DNA of 64,000 nt from Candidatus Limnocylindrales bacterium. GTDB taxonomy: Bacteria; Moduliflexota; Moduliflexia; Moduliflexales; JAUQPW01. The notes beneath the pieces were generated by a model. The model searched no databases, was not told the DNA's origin, and was given only the letters and a program-made list of their open reading frames with translations. The DNA lies in assembly GCA_035559535.1 (NCBI GenBank), contig DATMBG010000037.1, positions 62,001-126,000 on the forward strand, written 5' to 3'. The first letter of the stretch is position 1; each line of letters opens with the position of its first letter. Shown in pieces: positions 1 to 8,372 of this stretch. The position numbers and the translations under genes were made by a program.

Positions 1-2677
1 CATCCCAGTGCTCATCATCTATAGGAATGCCATAATCATCGGGCCGTATAAACGGATTGGAACTGACAATCACATTGGGCAGATAAGGCGTTGCTTCGGG
101 TCCTTCACGGTGTACAATGAAGTTCTCTCCATATTCAATGGCTTCTGGAATATCGGAATAAGCATGGAGGCGGCCTGTATCCGTGTAAAAGGGTTCATTA
201 TCATGGATCTGTTCGTAAAATGGGATGCGTGGATAAGTGCGGAATAACATCAACGCACCTCCCGGAGGGCCATATTTTCCGGCCATGATATCTTCCAGGT
301 TATACCCTGCTGTGGTGGTCGACGAATCCAGTAACCGCTGGATGTAAACCTTACGTTTACCTTCGTATTCAAATTTAAAATAATCGGTAAACCGGGTATC
401 CCCTGTTACTTTCGCCAGACTTTTGGCAATTCCTGCGATGATGGTCAGATCGTCTTTGCTATCGAATACCGGTGGGATGCCTCCTTTCCAGATTTGCAAA
501 AACGGATTAGAGCAACTGGCCGTTATTTCCAGGTCTTCAAACTCCAGCCAGGAGTTAGCCGGTAAAGCCAGATCAGAATACTCGATGGAAGCGGTCATCT
601 GGATGTCAATGGAGACGATCATCTCTACATTGGGATTGACGTTTTTGAGCATCTCGTAAACCCACTTGGCATTATTAATCAGATTGACGTTGGTAAACAA
701 CATGGCTTTAGTAGGCGTGGGCATATGGGTTTGGCCCGTGAAATTTTTCCTTCCATACTTGGGAGTTTCTACAATCAGGGCCTTGTCTCCATGATTCCAG
801 TAAGCCGGCTCTTCATCCTTGGTATAGGCATGGGCTTTAATATCTTTTCCATGGGCATTGGGATCCAGGTTGGGTTCAAAGGGATCTTCGGCTACCCAAC
901 CTTTAAAACCGGGTCCGGTCCAGGGGGAGCCCTGAAACAGAGCGGCTTTATAATTCCCTGCCCAGGTATGGCAACCCGCTCCGGGTTTTCCTATATTCCC
1001 TGTCAACATAAGAGGCAAATAGGCTGCCCGGTTCATTTCGGTAGCATGGAACCAGTGGTTAATCCCTTCACCCTGATGAATGGCTACCGGCTTGAGGGTT
1101 GCAATGTCTTCGGCCAACTGCTCCACCAGGTTCCGGGGTGCGTGGGTAATCTCACAAACGGTATCAATATCATAGTCTTTGAGATGGATTTGATACAACG
1201 TCCAGAGCGTGGCCACTTCGACCTCTTTACCGTCTATTAACTTAATTTTAAACTCTCCTTCCAGGGCCGGATTGATGCCTTTCTTCTCAAGGGTCTCACC
1301 CACATCGTCCCGGGTGACTGCCCGGGGTTTGTTACCGGTAAGGTCCCACACCACAAAGTCACCCAGCTTTTCATGCTGTTCCTTCGTGAATCCCTGGATC
1401 TTCATGGAAGGTCCTTCCGGGGAAAGATCGCTTTGATAATTGGGAAAGACTTCGTGGGCCCGCAACCGTTTAAGCGTATCCTTACGAATCAGCAGGGGAA
1501 AATCGGTAAACTGTTTAACAAACTTCTCGTCATACTGCTTACGGTCTATCATCAGTTTCGTAACTCCCAACCAGAGCGCTGCATCGGTGGCAGGGCGAAT
1601 GGGAATCCAATAATCTGCTTTGGTAGACGGAGGCCCGTACTCGGGGGCAATCACCACAATTTTGGCCCCTCGTTCCATGCATTCAATAAACCAGTGGGAA
1701 TCGGTCAGCTTGTTCTCCACCAGATTTTTGCCGTCCATGATGATTAACTTCGAGAACCTCAGGTCATTAAAATCGCAGTCCGAAGCTTGAAGGCCATGCA
1801 CCCAGGGTTGACCAGGGGCCTGATCTCCGTGCCAGGTATAATTAGACCAGGTACGTCCGGCAAGGGCTTTATCAGGACCTACGCCGCGAATCTTTGCATC
1901 CAGCAGAGCAAGGGAATTACACAGACGATACATTCCATATTTGCCCATGACCCCCAACAAACCCATACCACCTCGCATTTTGATACAGCGGGTACCGGCT
2001 CCTTGGGTAGCCTCTACCATTTCAGGCTGATAACCCTGAGCAAGAAGTCGCTTTTTTCCCTCCTCACCACTGTAACGTGTTGCAATGGCTACCAACGCCT
2101 TCGCGATACTGTCAAAGGCATCTTCCCAAGAAATCTGTATAAATTCATCCTCGCCCCGGCTGTCGAATTTGTATTTGGTTTTTAGTTCAGGTGTAAGGGC
2201 TGGAAATCCGGCATCTGCCCAGGCTTTCCAGCCTTTACGAACAATGGGATGTTTCAGTCGATAGGGACCGTAAATAACACGATGGAATGTATATCCCTTG
2301 GCACACTGACGAGGATTCCAGTTATGGGTGGCACGATTCCCGTAAAGATCCCTGTAATTCTGATAATCATAGGTAGCCCCCAGACGAGTTACAATACCAT
2401 TTCGGACATAGGCACGAACCCGACATGCATGGGTATCGTTGGGAGAGCAGACCCAATCAAACCAGGAGTCGTATTCATACTGGTTCCGATAAATTTTTTC
2501 CCAATCTCGATTTATGGAACCGGCCAACGGGTTTTCATTTGGATTAGCCGCTGCAAGAAGTTTAAGGGGCATATTGAGATTAAGGACGGTTGCCCCGGCA
2601 CCGGCTCCTAACCAGCGCAAAAATTGGCGTCGGTTTATAAGGTTAAAACCTTCCAGGCTGTGCTCAAAATTTTCCAT
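1..2677 (-). CDS. nxrA: Periplasmic nitrite oxidoreductase / nitrate reductase alpha subunit (type II DMSO reductase family, Nitrospira/anammox-like); 3' end runs off the window
   Basis: Hand translation of the minus strand from ATG at 2677: MENFEHSLEGFNLINRRQFLRWLGAG (Tat motif)...WEKIYRNQYEYDSWFDWVCSPNDTHACRVRAYVRNG...WNPRQCAKGYTFHRVIYGPYRLKHP...RGGMGLLGVMGKYGMYR...WSNYTWHGDQAPG, and in the same frame ...NPFIRPDDYGIPIDDEHWD at the window edge. The middle was not translated in full. Absent from the ORF track, consistent with no stop codon before the edge. Confidence 0.9.
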   Translation of the reverse strand, partial: MENFEHSLEGFNLINRRQFLRWLGAGAGATVLNLNMPLKLLAAANPNENPLAGSINRDWEKIYRNQYEYDSWFDWVCSPNDTHACRVRAYVRNGIVTRLGATYDYQNYRDLYGNRATHNWNPRQCAKGYTFHRVIYGPYRLKHPIVRKGWKAWADAGFPALTPELKTKYKFDSRGEDEFIQISWEDAFDSIAKALVAIATRYSGEEGKKRLLAQGYQPEMVEATQGAGTRCIKMRGGMGLLGVMGKYGMYRLCNSLALLDAKIRGVGPDKALAGRTWSNYTWHGDQAPGQPWVHGLQASDCDFNDLRFSKLIIMDGKNLVENKLTDSHWFIECMERGAKIVVIAPEYGPPSTKADYWIPIRPATDAALWLGVTKLMIDRKQYDEKFVKQFTDFPLLIRKDTLKRLRAHEVFPNYQSDLSPEGPSMKIQGFTKEQHEKLGDFVVWDLTGNKPRAVTRDDVGETLEKKGINPALEGEFKIKLIDGKEVEVATLWTLYQIHLKDYDIDTVCEITHAPRNLVEQLAEDIATLKPVAIHQGEGINHWFHATEMNRAAYLPLMLTGNIGKPGAGCHTWAGNYKAALFQGSPWTGPGFKGWVAEDPFEPNLDPNAHGKDIKAHAYTKDEEPAYWNHGDKALIVETPKYGRKNFTGQTHMPTPTKAMLFTNVNLINNAKWVYEMLKNVNPNVEMIVSIDIQMTASIEYSDLALPANSWLEFEDLEITASCSNPFLQIWKGGIPPVFDSKDDLTIIAGIAKSLAKVTGDTRFTDYFKFEYEGKRKVYIQRLLDSSTTTAGYNLEDIMAGKYGPPGGALMLFRTYPRIPFYEQIHDNEPFYTDTGRLHAYSDIPEAIEYGENFIVHREGPEATPYLPNVIVSSNPFIRPDDYGIPIDDEHWD

Positions 2678-2700
2678 TTTATGCTCAGGCAATTAAGGAA

Positions 2701-2829
2701 AAGTAGGGGAGAGTGGAAGTATGGGAGTATGGGAGTGTGGAAGTGTGGGGGTAAATCCTTCCATCCCTCCATACCCCCTCCATACTCCCATCCCTCCATA
2801 CTTCCAATACTTCTCTGCCTCCCTACTTT
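2701..2829. repeat. Imperfect long hairpin built from ~8-nt units (GGAGTATG/GGAGTGTG ... CATACTCC)
   Basis: Purine-rich tandem 8-mers followed by their pyrimidine-rich reverse complements; related copies at 37235-37366 and 58787-58894. Confidence 0.8.
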
Positions 2830-2840
2830 CCCTTGCCGCC

Positions 2841-4514
2841 TCAGGGGACTATAATAAGATCCTGCCAGATGGTTACAGATTTTTTTCCATCCCGATCTCC
2901 CGCATGCCCATTCCATACAGCAAAAGCAACACGTATCGTTCGACCCGAGATGAAATCAAAACTATTCGGACCGGTTCCTTTGAAGGAGCGACGAAACACC
3001 ACACGATAGGTACCTAAATTGTAAACTCCCTTAGCACGAACACTCTGATCCAGAGCAGGACGTGCTTTCAGGGTCCCAAATCCCTGTGCCGTGAGTTCTT
3101 CTGCGGCGGTTTGGCGAAGCGGGTCTGAGACGATATTGCCGGCTCCCCAACCCGTTACAAAGGTGGGATCGGACTCCAAAGTTAAAGCATGTCGGGTAGG
3201 TTGCTCAACGGGAGATTTCATTAGATTGGGATAGGAATCAATCCCTATATTGGGATAGACCTTGTCAATATCCTGAAATGCCGGCTCTAAATCGGCTTGT
3301 CGTTCTGATTTCCACATCCAGATGTTCACAACCTGCCCCGTTTGACCCATACCAAAAAAGGGGGGATCATCTGCTAATGAAAACTCTACGGCTGCGGCAT
3401 CTCGAAAATCTTGAGTACGAATGGCAGTGTGGTCGTAGGTTTCGTCTACCCACATCAACCGTAAAGCCAGTTCACTCCCATTATGCAGCGCTTTTACGTT
3501 TAAAATCTCCGGACGGTTTTCCCGCCACCAGAGGGGCATCATGTGTAAATTCACCCCCGGTACATCTCGCCAGATCCCTGCATCGGGATGGTCCGGAATT
3601 TCCTGGGCCCAGGGTACTACGATTCTGAATTTTTTCATTTCTACCCGTTCCCTTTGTTCTGGACTGGACATGGAAAGGACTAAATGAGTCAGATGCCAGG
3701 CATCCTGCCCATAGGCCCAATCACTCATGGGCATAGGAGATCCAGGCATGCCGGCCACAATCCTGCGATAAATATCTTTCGGGTCCGGATTTCCTTTAAA
3801 GATCCCCTGGGTCAGATCCCTGGGACGAATGGGGTAGCCCTTTTCATCAAACTGCTCCTGAACCCCATCTCCTCGACCTGTTTCTCCATGACAGGAGGCG
3901 CAGGCATCACGAAATATCTCTTTAGCCCGCGTCTGGGCTTCCATATCATAGGGAGGCTCCGGAGGTACCTTGATAATTCCAGGGTGTGTTTCCCCTTCGC
4001 TTTTTTCTGTACTCCCCTGCTGTTCGAGCTCTTCCTCAGTCTCTACAAGACTCGGCTGGATCGGTTTTTCTGCAAAGGTTTTAATGTAATGGACCAGAGC
4101 CCACCGGGTTTCTTCGGGTAAATGGGCCCAGGACGGCATAGCCGATCCTGGAATACCACGGGAAATAGTTACAAACAAATCTCTATCCGTTGGAACCCTT
4201 TCCCACGTGGAGACCATGCGATATTGGGCGGTAACAAAATCGCGAGGTTTTGGATACAGAAGGTAAGCCGCTGGTCCCTCACCACGACCATCCAGGCCAT
4301 GACAGGGTGAACACTCTTTATTGTAGACCGTTTTCCCCAAAGCTAAAAGCTCCTCAGAAGGGGCTATAGCCCGTGTGGGTACAATCGAAACAGGAATAGG
4401 ACCCGTCTGTAAGGCTTCTCCTTCGATCCCCTTGGAGTAGTTCAGAAACCAAAGCACCAAAATTAAATTGGACAACCCAAAACCTATTATTATAAATAAG
4501 GGAGGTTTTTTCAT
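2841..4514 (-). CDS. Membrane-anchored diheme cytochrome c fused to an ethylbenzene-dehydrogenase-gamma (EbdC/NxrC-like) heme-b domain
   Basis: N-terminal hydrophobic anchor; two CxxCH motifs (CSPCH, CASCH), each followed by a G-S-x-M-P distal Met; C-terminal domain with FRDAAAVEF, VNIWMWK and AFAVWNG..GDRDGKK motifs typical of EB_dh domains. Confidence 0.85.
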   Translation of the reverse strand: MKKPPLFIIIGFGLSNLILVLWFLNYSKGIEGEALQTGPIPVSIVPTRAIAPSEELLALGKTVYNKECSPCHGLDGRGEGPAAYLLYPKPRDFVTAQYRMVSTWERVPTDRDLFVTISRGIPGSAMPSWAHLPEETRWALVHYIKTFAEKPIQPSLVETEEELEQQGSTEKSEGETHPGIIKVPPEPPYDMEAQTRAKEIFRDACASCHGETGRGDGVQEQFDEKGYPIRPRDLTQGIFKGNPDPKDIYRRIVAGMPGSPMPMSDWAYGQDAWHLTHLVLSMSSPEQRERVEMKKFRIVVPWAQEIPDHPDAGIWRDVPGVNLHMMPLWWRENRPEILNVKALHNGSELALRLMWVDETYDHTAIRTQDFRDAAAVEFSLADDPPFFGMGQTGQVVNIWMWKSERQADLEPAFQDIDKVYPNIGIDSYPNLMKSPVEQPTRHALTLESDPTFVTGWGAGNIVSDPLRQTAAEELTAQGFGTLKARPALDQSVRAKGVYNLGTYRVVFRRSFKGTGPNSFDFISGRTIRVAFAVWNGHAGDRDGKKSVTIWQDLIIVP

Positions 4515-4834
4515 TTCCAGATCCTTTCTTTGAATCTGTTAAATTCAGGCGAGGCAAAAAGATAGGTAGACAGGTCTGTCTTTTTGCCTACTGATTTCTG
4601 GTTCCTATATCAATTCACCATGAAAAGGTTACCTGATGACCTGTGGAACTTCCCCTACGGCTTATGTAAAGTTTCAATGAGGAAATGGCATAAGCCTCTT
4701 ATTCTTGTCATATCGGCCATAAGCTCCACAATAAATATCCTGAAAGGCCTTCTGTAACATCTTTTGAATTTGAATTACCTTCTGTCCTTTGACAGATAGG
4801 TATATATCGGGTTTACTGGTTGTTAAGGAGATAT

Positions 4835-4850
4835 CGCAAAGGGTATGCCG
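4835..4850 (-). promoter_or_regulatory. Putative sigma54 (-24/-12) promoter for the cytochrome c-nxrA operon
   Basis: Minus strand reads CGGCATACCCTTTGCG: GG-N10-GC with TTGC at -12, about 320 nt upstream of the 4514 start. Confidence 0.55.
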
Positions 4851-5093
4851 GGTTTTAAAATACAAAGACCTCGGGGGAAGATACCGCTACGCCGAAGATT
4901 GCAGGTATAGGATTGGCTTCAGATTAGAAGGTTGGGGGTTATATTTCCTGCCTTAAAGTCGTACAACATCGATGAAAACCCAACGTCTCCGGAGGAGATG
5001 AGGTGGTGTCTTGAATCAGGACAAAAGACAGATCAGGTAAGGATTCTAAATACCTTGCTTTCAGAGTAAGCGGTTAGGCCATTTCTCCTATGG

Positions 5094-5121
5094 GTACGGG
5101 CGGGGGGCCCCCCGCCCCTAC
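5094..5121. repeat. REP-like palindrome
   Basis: GTACGGGCGGGGGGCCCCCCGCCCCTAC, near-perfect palindrome with GTA...TAC ends. Confidence 0.7.
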
Positions 5122-5332
5122 TGCAATCATTTCTGTTTTGAAAGGTTGGCCTTTATCTTAGATCTTTGGATAAACTTGTTCTGAATTTATGGAAGGGTTC
5201 AGGATAGATTTATTACGGGAGGAAAGAGGAAAGGGTGATAAGGTTTTACCTTTCGACAGGCTCCGGGCGAACGGAGTACAGTCATTAATATTTCAAGTAA
5301 TACCAGGTTCATTTTGAAATTATCCCTGGAGG

Positions 5333-5360
5333 GTAAGGGCACGTTGCAACGTGCCCTTAC
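5333..5360. repeat. REP-like perfect 28-bp palindrome overlapping the M20 peptidase stop codon
   Basis: GTAAGGGCACGTTGCAACGTGCCCTTAC is its own reverse complement. Confidence 0.8.
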
Positions 5361-6523
5361 GCTTCAGCCAGGTGGATTTCCACCGTTCGGGCCAGTATTT
5401 CAGTTGCTTTTCGGATCTGGTCGATCTCTACGTACTCATCGGGTGCATGGGCCTGTTCGATGTTGCCGGGTCCGAAGACGAGACATTTTTGATTTCCGGT
5501 TTTAACGGAGATCATCCCCACATCGGTATAGTAGGGAACTCCAATTTCTTTAATCTCGCCGCCCATGGTTTCTCGATAAGCTTTTCGCATATCGGCCAGG
5601 ATTCTGGCATTGGGATCTATTCTTAAGGATGGCCGGGCGGCTGTCATGGGTTGAACTTCTCCACGAGTACCTGCTACTTCCTGACCGGCTGTTTGGACAA
5701 TCTCCTGGACCAGGGTCGTGAGCGACTCTGGAGTAAGGGGAGGTGGATAGCGAATATCGATTTCGGCACGGCAGGTCCCGCAGACCACGTTGGTTTTTTG
5801 CCCACCTTCTATTCTTCCAATAGAAACATAGGTTCGCCCTACCAGGGGGTCCTCGATCCCGAGTTCGGCAATTTTTTGTTTAATTTTAACCAGAATAAGG
5901 GCCATGGCATGGGCCGCATCAGCTCCCTTGTAGGGAGTTCCGGCATGGGCATTCTTTCCGTACGTTTTGATTTCAAACCAGGCCACCCCTTTATGGGCTA
6001 CAACCATATGGAGATTACTGGGTTCGGTGGCTATAAGGGTCATATCATTATCCACAATTCCGGCATCGGCCAGGTCTATGGCCCCCCGCATGTGGGACTC
6101 CTCGTCAATGGTTGCACAAAGGAGGAAATCTCCCTTTAAAGTCTTCCGATTCTGCGCCAGGTATTTGAGGGTGACCAAACTGGCTGCCAGACCGCTTTTC
6201 ATATCGGCGGCTCCCCGTCCATACATTTTACCGTTTTCTATCACCGCCTCATAGGGAGGTTTTGTCCAACCCTCTCCCAGGGGCACCGTATCCATATGGG
6301 CTACAATCGCAAGGGCCGGCCTCTGTCCACTTCCTCGAATACGACCGATAATATTATCCCGATCCGGAAGTACATTCTTCCTTATCACTTCAACTCCGGC
6401 TTCTTTCATATAACGCTCTACATAATAGCTGATCTCTTTTTCTCCGACGGTTGGATTTAAGCTGGGAATTTTAATTAAGTCCTGAGTGACCTGGACGGCC
6501 TCGTCAAGGTAGGTTTTATCCAT
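5357..6523 (-). CDS. M20 family metallopeptidase/deacylase (ArgE/DapE-like)
   Basis: AHMDTVP, YGRGAADMKSG, DEE and AHAPDEYV motifs. Start moved to MDKTY because the upstream extension is heptamer repeat. Confidence 0.9.
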   Translation of the reverse strand: MDKTYLDEAVQVTQDLIKIPSLNPTVGEKEISYYVERYMKEAGVEVIRKNVLPDRDNIIGRIRGSGQRPALAIVAHMDTVPLGEGWTKPPYEAVIENGKMYGRGAADMKSGLAASLVTLKYLAQNRKTLKGDFLLCATIDEESHMRGAIDLADAGIVDNDMTLIATEPSNLHMVVAHKGVAWFEIKTYGKNAHAGTPYKGADAAHAMALILVKIKQKIAELGIEDPLVGRTYVSIGRIEGGQKTNVVCGTCRAEIDIRYPPPLTPESLTTLVQEIVQTAGQEVAGTRGEVQPMTAARPSLRIDPNARILADMRKAYRETMGGEIKEIGVPYYTDVGMISVKTGNQKCLVFGPGNIEQAHAPDEYVEIDQIRKATEILARTVEIHLAEA

Positions 6524-6525
6524 GA

Positions 6526-6560
6526 AAAGTCCAAAGCCCAAAGTCTAAAGCCCAAAGTCC
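6526..6560. repeat. Tandem heptamer repeat (AAAGYCY x5)
   Basis: aaagtcc aaagccc aaagtct aaagccc aaagtcc. Confidence 0.8.
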
Positions 6561-6604
6561 AGGGTTTATTCGGCCTGGAACAGGAGGCTCTAAACTCTGC
6601 ACTG

Positions 6605-8317
6605 TTAAATTCGGTTCAGTTTGATTCGAAAGGTAGTTCCTCTTCCGACTTCGGATTCCACTTCAATCTCGCCTTTATGTTCATCGATGATCTTCTTAAC
6701 CATCGCAAGTCCTAATCCGGTCCCCTGCTCCTTCCCCTGGGTTACAAAGGAATCGAAAAGTCGATCTCGAATCTCCTCCGGGATTCCACATCCGGTATCG
6801 GATAATTCAACCACCACATGGGAATCTGTTAAGTAAGATTTAACATTAAAAACGCCTCCTTGTGGCATCGCTTCGATGGCATTTCGAATGATGTTGTAAA
6901 ATACCCGCTTCATCTTGGATTCATCCACATAGACATGAGACCTGTATTTCAGATCTACTTTCAATTGGATGTTTCTACTTTCAAAATCCGGTCGCATCAA
7001 ATCCAGGACGTCATTGACAATAGCAGACAGATAATATCTTCGCAGTAAGAGGTTCGTTTCTCCTTTGGCAAAATTGAGAATTTCCCGGGTCATGTTAGTC
7101 AGAGATTCGATTTCCCGAAGGATAATTTTACAAAATTTTTTTCGATTTTCCTCGGTAGTTTTATCCAGGCTGATAAGTTCGACAAAGCCGATGATACTGG
7201 AAATAGGATTCTTTAGGTCATGGATAATGCCGCTTACCATCTGCCCCACCATGGCCAACCTTTCCTCTTTGGCTTCTTTTTCTCTCAGTCTATGGGTCTC
7301 AATGGCCCTGGCTACCTGACTTCCTATAACCTCCAGGAGCTTCAGATCATCTTCGGTAAACACATTATCCTCACCTTTTTTATTAATGAGTTCCAAAGCT
7401 CCTAATATCCGATTATTCTCGACCAGTGGCACACAGATAATAGATCGCGTGGGAAATTGAATTTTAGCCGAAATATGACCGGCAAATCGAGGGTCCTCAG
7501 CCACATTGTTTACAATCACAGGGGTTTTGGTAGAAGCCACCCATCCGACAATTCCTTCTCCCATCTTAATCTTAAATTTTCGGAGTTCTTCGGCTTTTTC
7601 CCCGGTAATACTCTTGAAATAAAGGAGATTGGTTTTCTCTTCCAGCAGGAAAATGGATCCGGCTTCGGCATGCAGGGTCTGGGTAGTTTTGAAAAGGATT
7701 TTATCCAAAAGCTTATCTAAATCCCACGAACTACTGATTTCTTTTTCAATCTCGTACAAGATATCTAATTCACGAATTTTCTGCTCCAGTTGTCTTTTTG
7801 CCTCAACCAAAGCTCTGTTTTTAGCCCGAATATGCTGGTATAGCTGGGCATTTTCTATGGCTATGGCGGCTTGAGAGCAAAGGGCGTCCAGGAGTTTTTC
7901 ATCCCGCTCTGTAAAGGCCCCTCCTTTTTTATTTAAAACCTCGATGACGCCTATTCTCTGACCATAGGTATTGACCAGTGGTTTACAGAAAATGGTCTGG
8001 GTAAGATACCCTGTCTGCTCGTCGAAGGCACGATTAAACCTGGGATCTTTATAGGCATCGGTAATATTCAAGGTCTCACCGGTTGCCATTACAAAGCCCG
8101 CAATCCCTTCCCCTAATTTAAGTCGTATTTCCTTGATCTCAGAATCTTGAGCAATCTTCGACCATAGCTCTTGCTTTTCCTCATCATAGAGAAACAAGGT
8201 ACTTCGCTGGGCTTCTATCGATTTAGTAATTTTATTCATGATGAGGATGAGGAGTCGATTTAAGTCCACCGTTTCAATCACGGGTTCGGAATCCATAAAC
8301 TTCCAATTGTCTACCAT
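6605..8317 (-). CDS. Cytoplasmic GAF-GAF sensor histidine kinase
   Basis: Two GAF domains ending in LNKK..F...D; H-box IIHDLKNP; N-box NIIRNAIEA; DTGCGI and GTGLGL motifs. Confidence 0.92.
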   Translation of the reverse strand: MVDNWKFMDSEPVIETVDLNRLLILIMNKITKSIEAQRSTLFLYDEEKQELWSKIAQDSEIKEIRLKLGEGIAGFVMATGETLNITDAYKDPRFNRAFDEQTGYLTQTIFCKPLVNTYGQRIGVIEVLNKKGGAFTERDEKLLDALCSQAAIAIENAQLYQHIRAKNRALVEAKRQLEQKIRELDILYEIEKEISSSWDLDKLLDKILFKTTQTLHAEAGSIFLLEEKTNLLYFKSITGEKAEELRKFKIKMGEGIVGWVASTKTPVIVNNVAEDPRFAGHISAKIQFPTRSIICVPLVENNRILGALELINKKGEDNVFTEDDLKLLEVIGSQVARAIETHRLREKEAKEERLAMVGQMVSGIIHDLKNPISSIIGFVELISLDKTTEENRKKFCKIILREIESLTNMTREILNFAKGETNLLLRRYYLSAIVNDVLDLMRPDFESRNIQLKVDLKYRSHVYVDESKMKRVFYNIIRNAIEAMPQGGVFNVKSYLTDSHVVVELSDTGCGIPEEIRDRLFDSFVTQGKEQGTGLGLAMVKKIIDEHKGEIEVESEVGRGTTFRIKLNRI

Positions 8318-8372
8318 AGTCCCTCTTATTTTAGAAGGTTTGGTGGTTTTTAGGTAATTATTTCTCAGGTAA

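Noticed and set aside
8-3017. Series of + strand ORFs (8-247, 725-1240, 1373-1747, 1787-2185, 2249-2611 etc.) and the 2635-2916 minus ORF
   Set aside because: They are antisense shadows of the long nxrA frame or translations of the 8-mer repeat, with no protein-like motifs.
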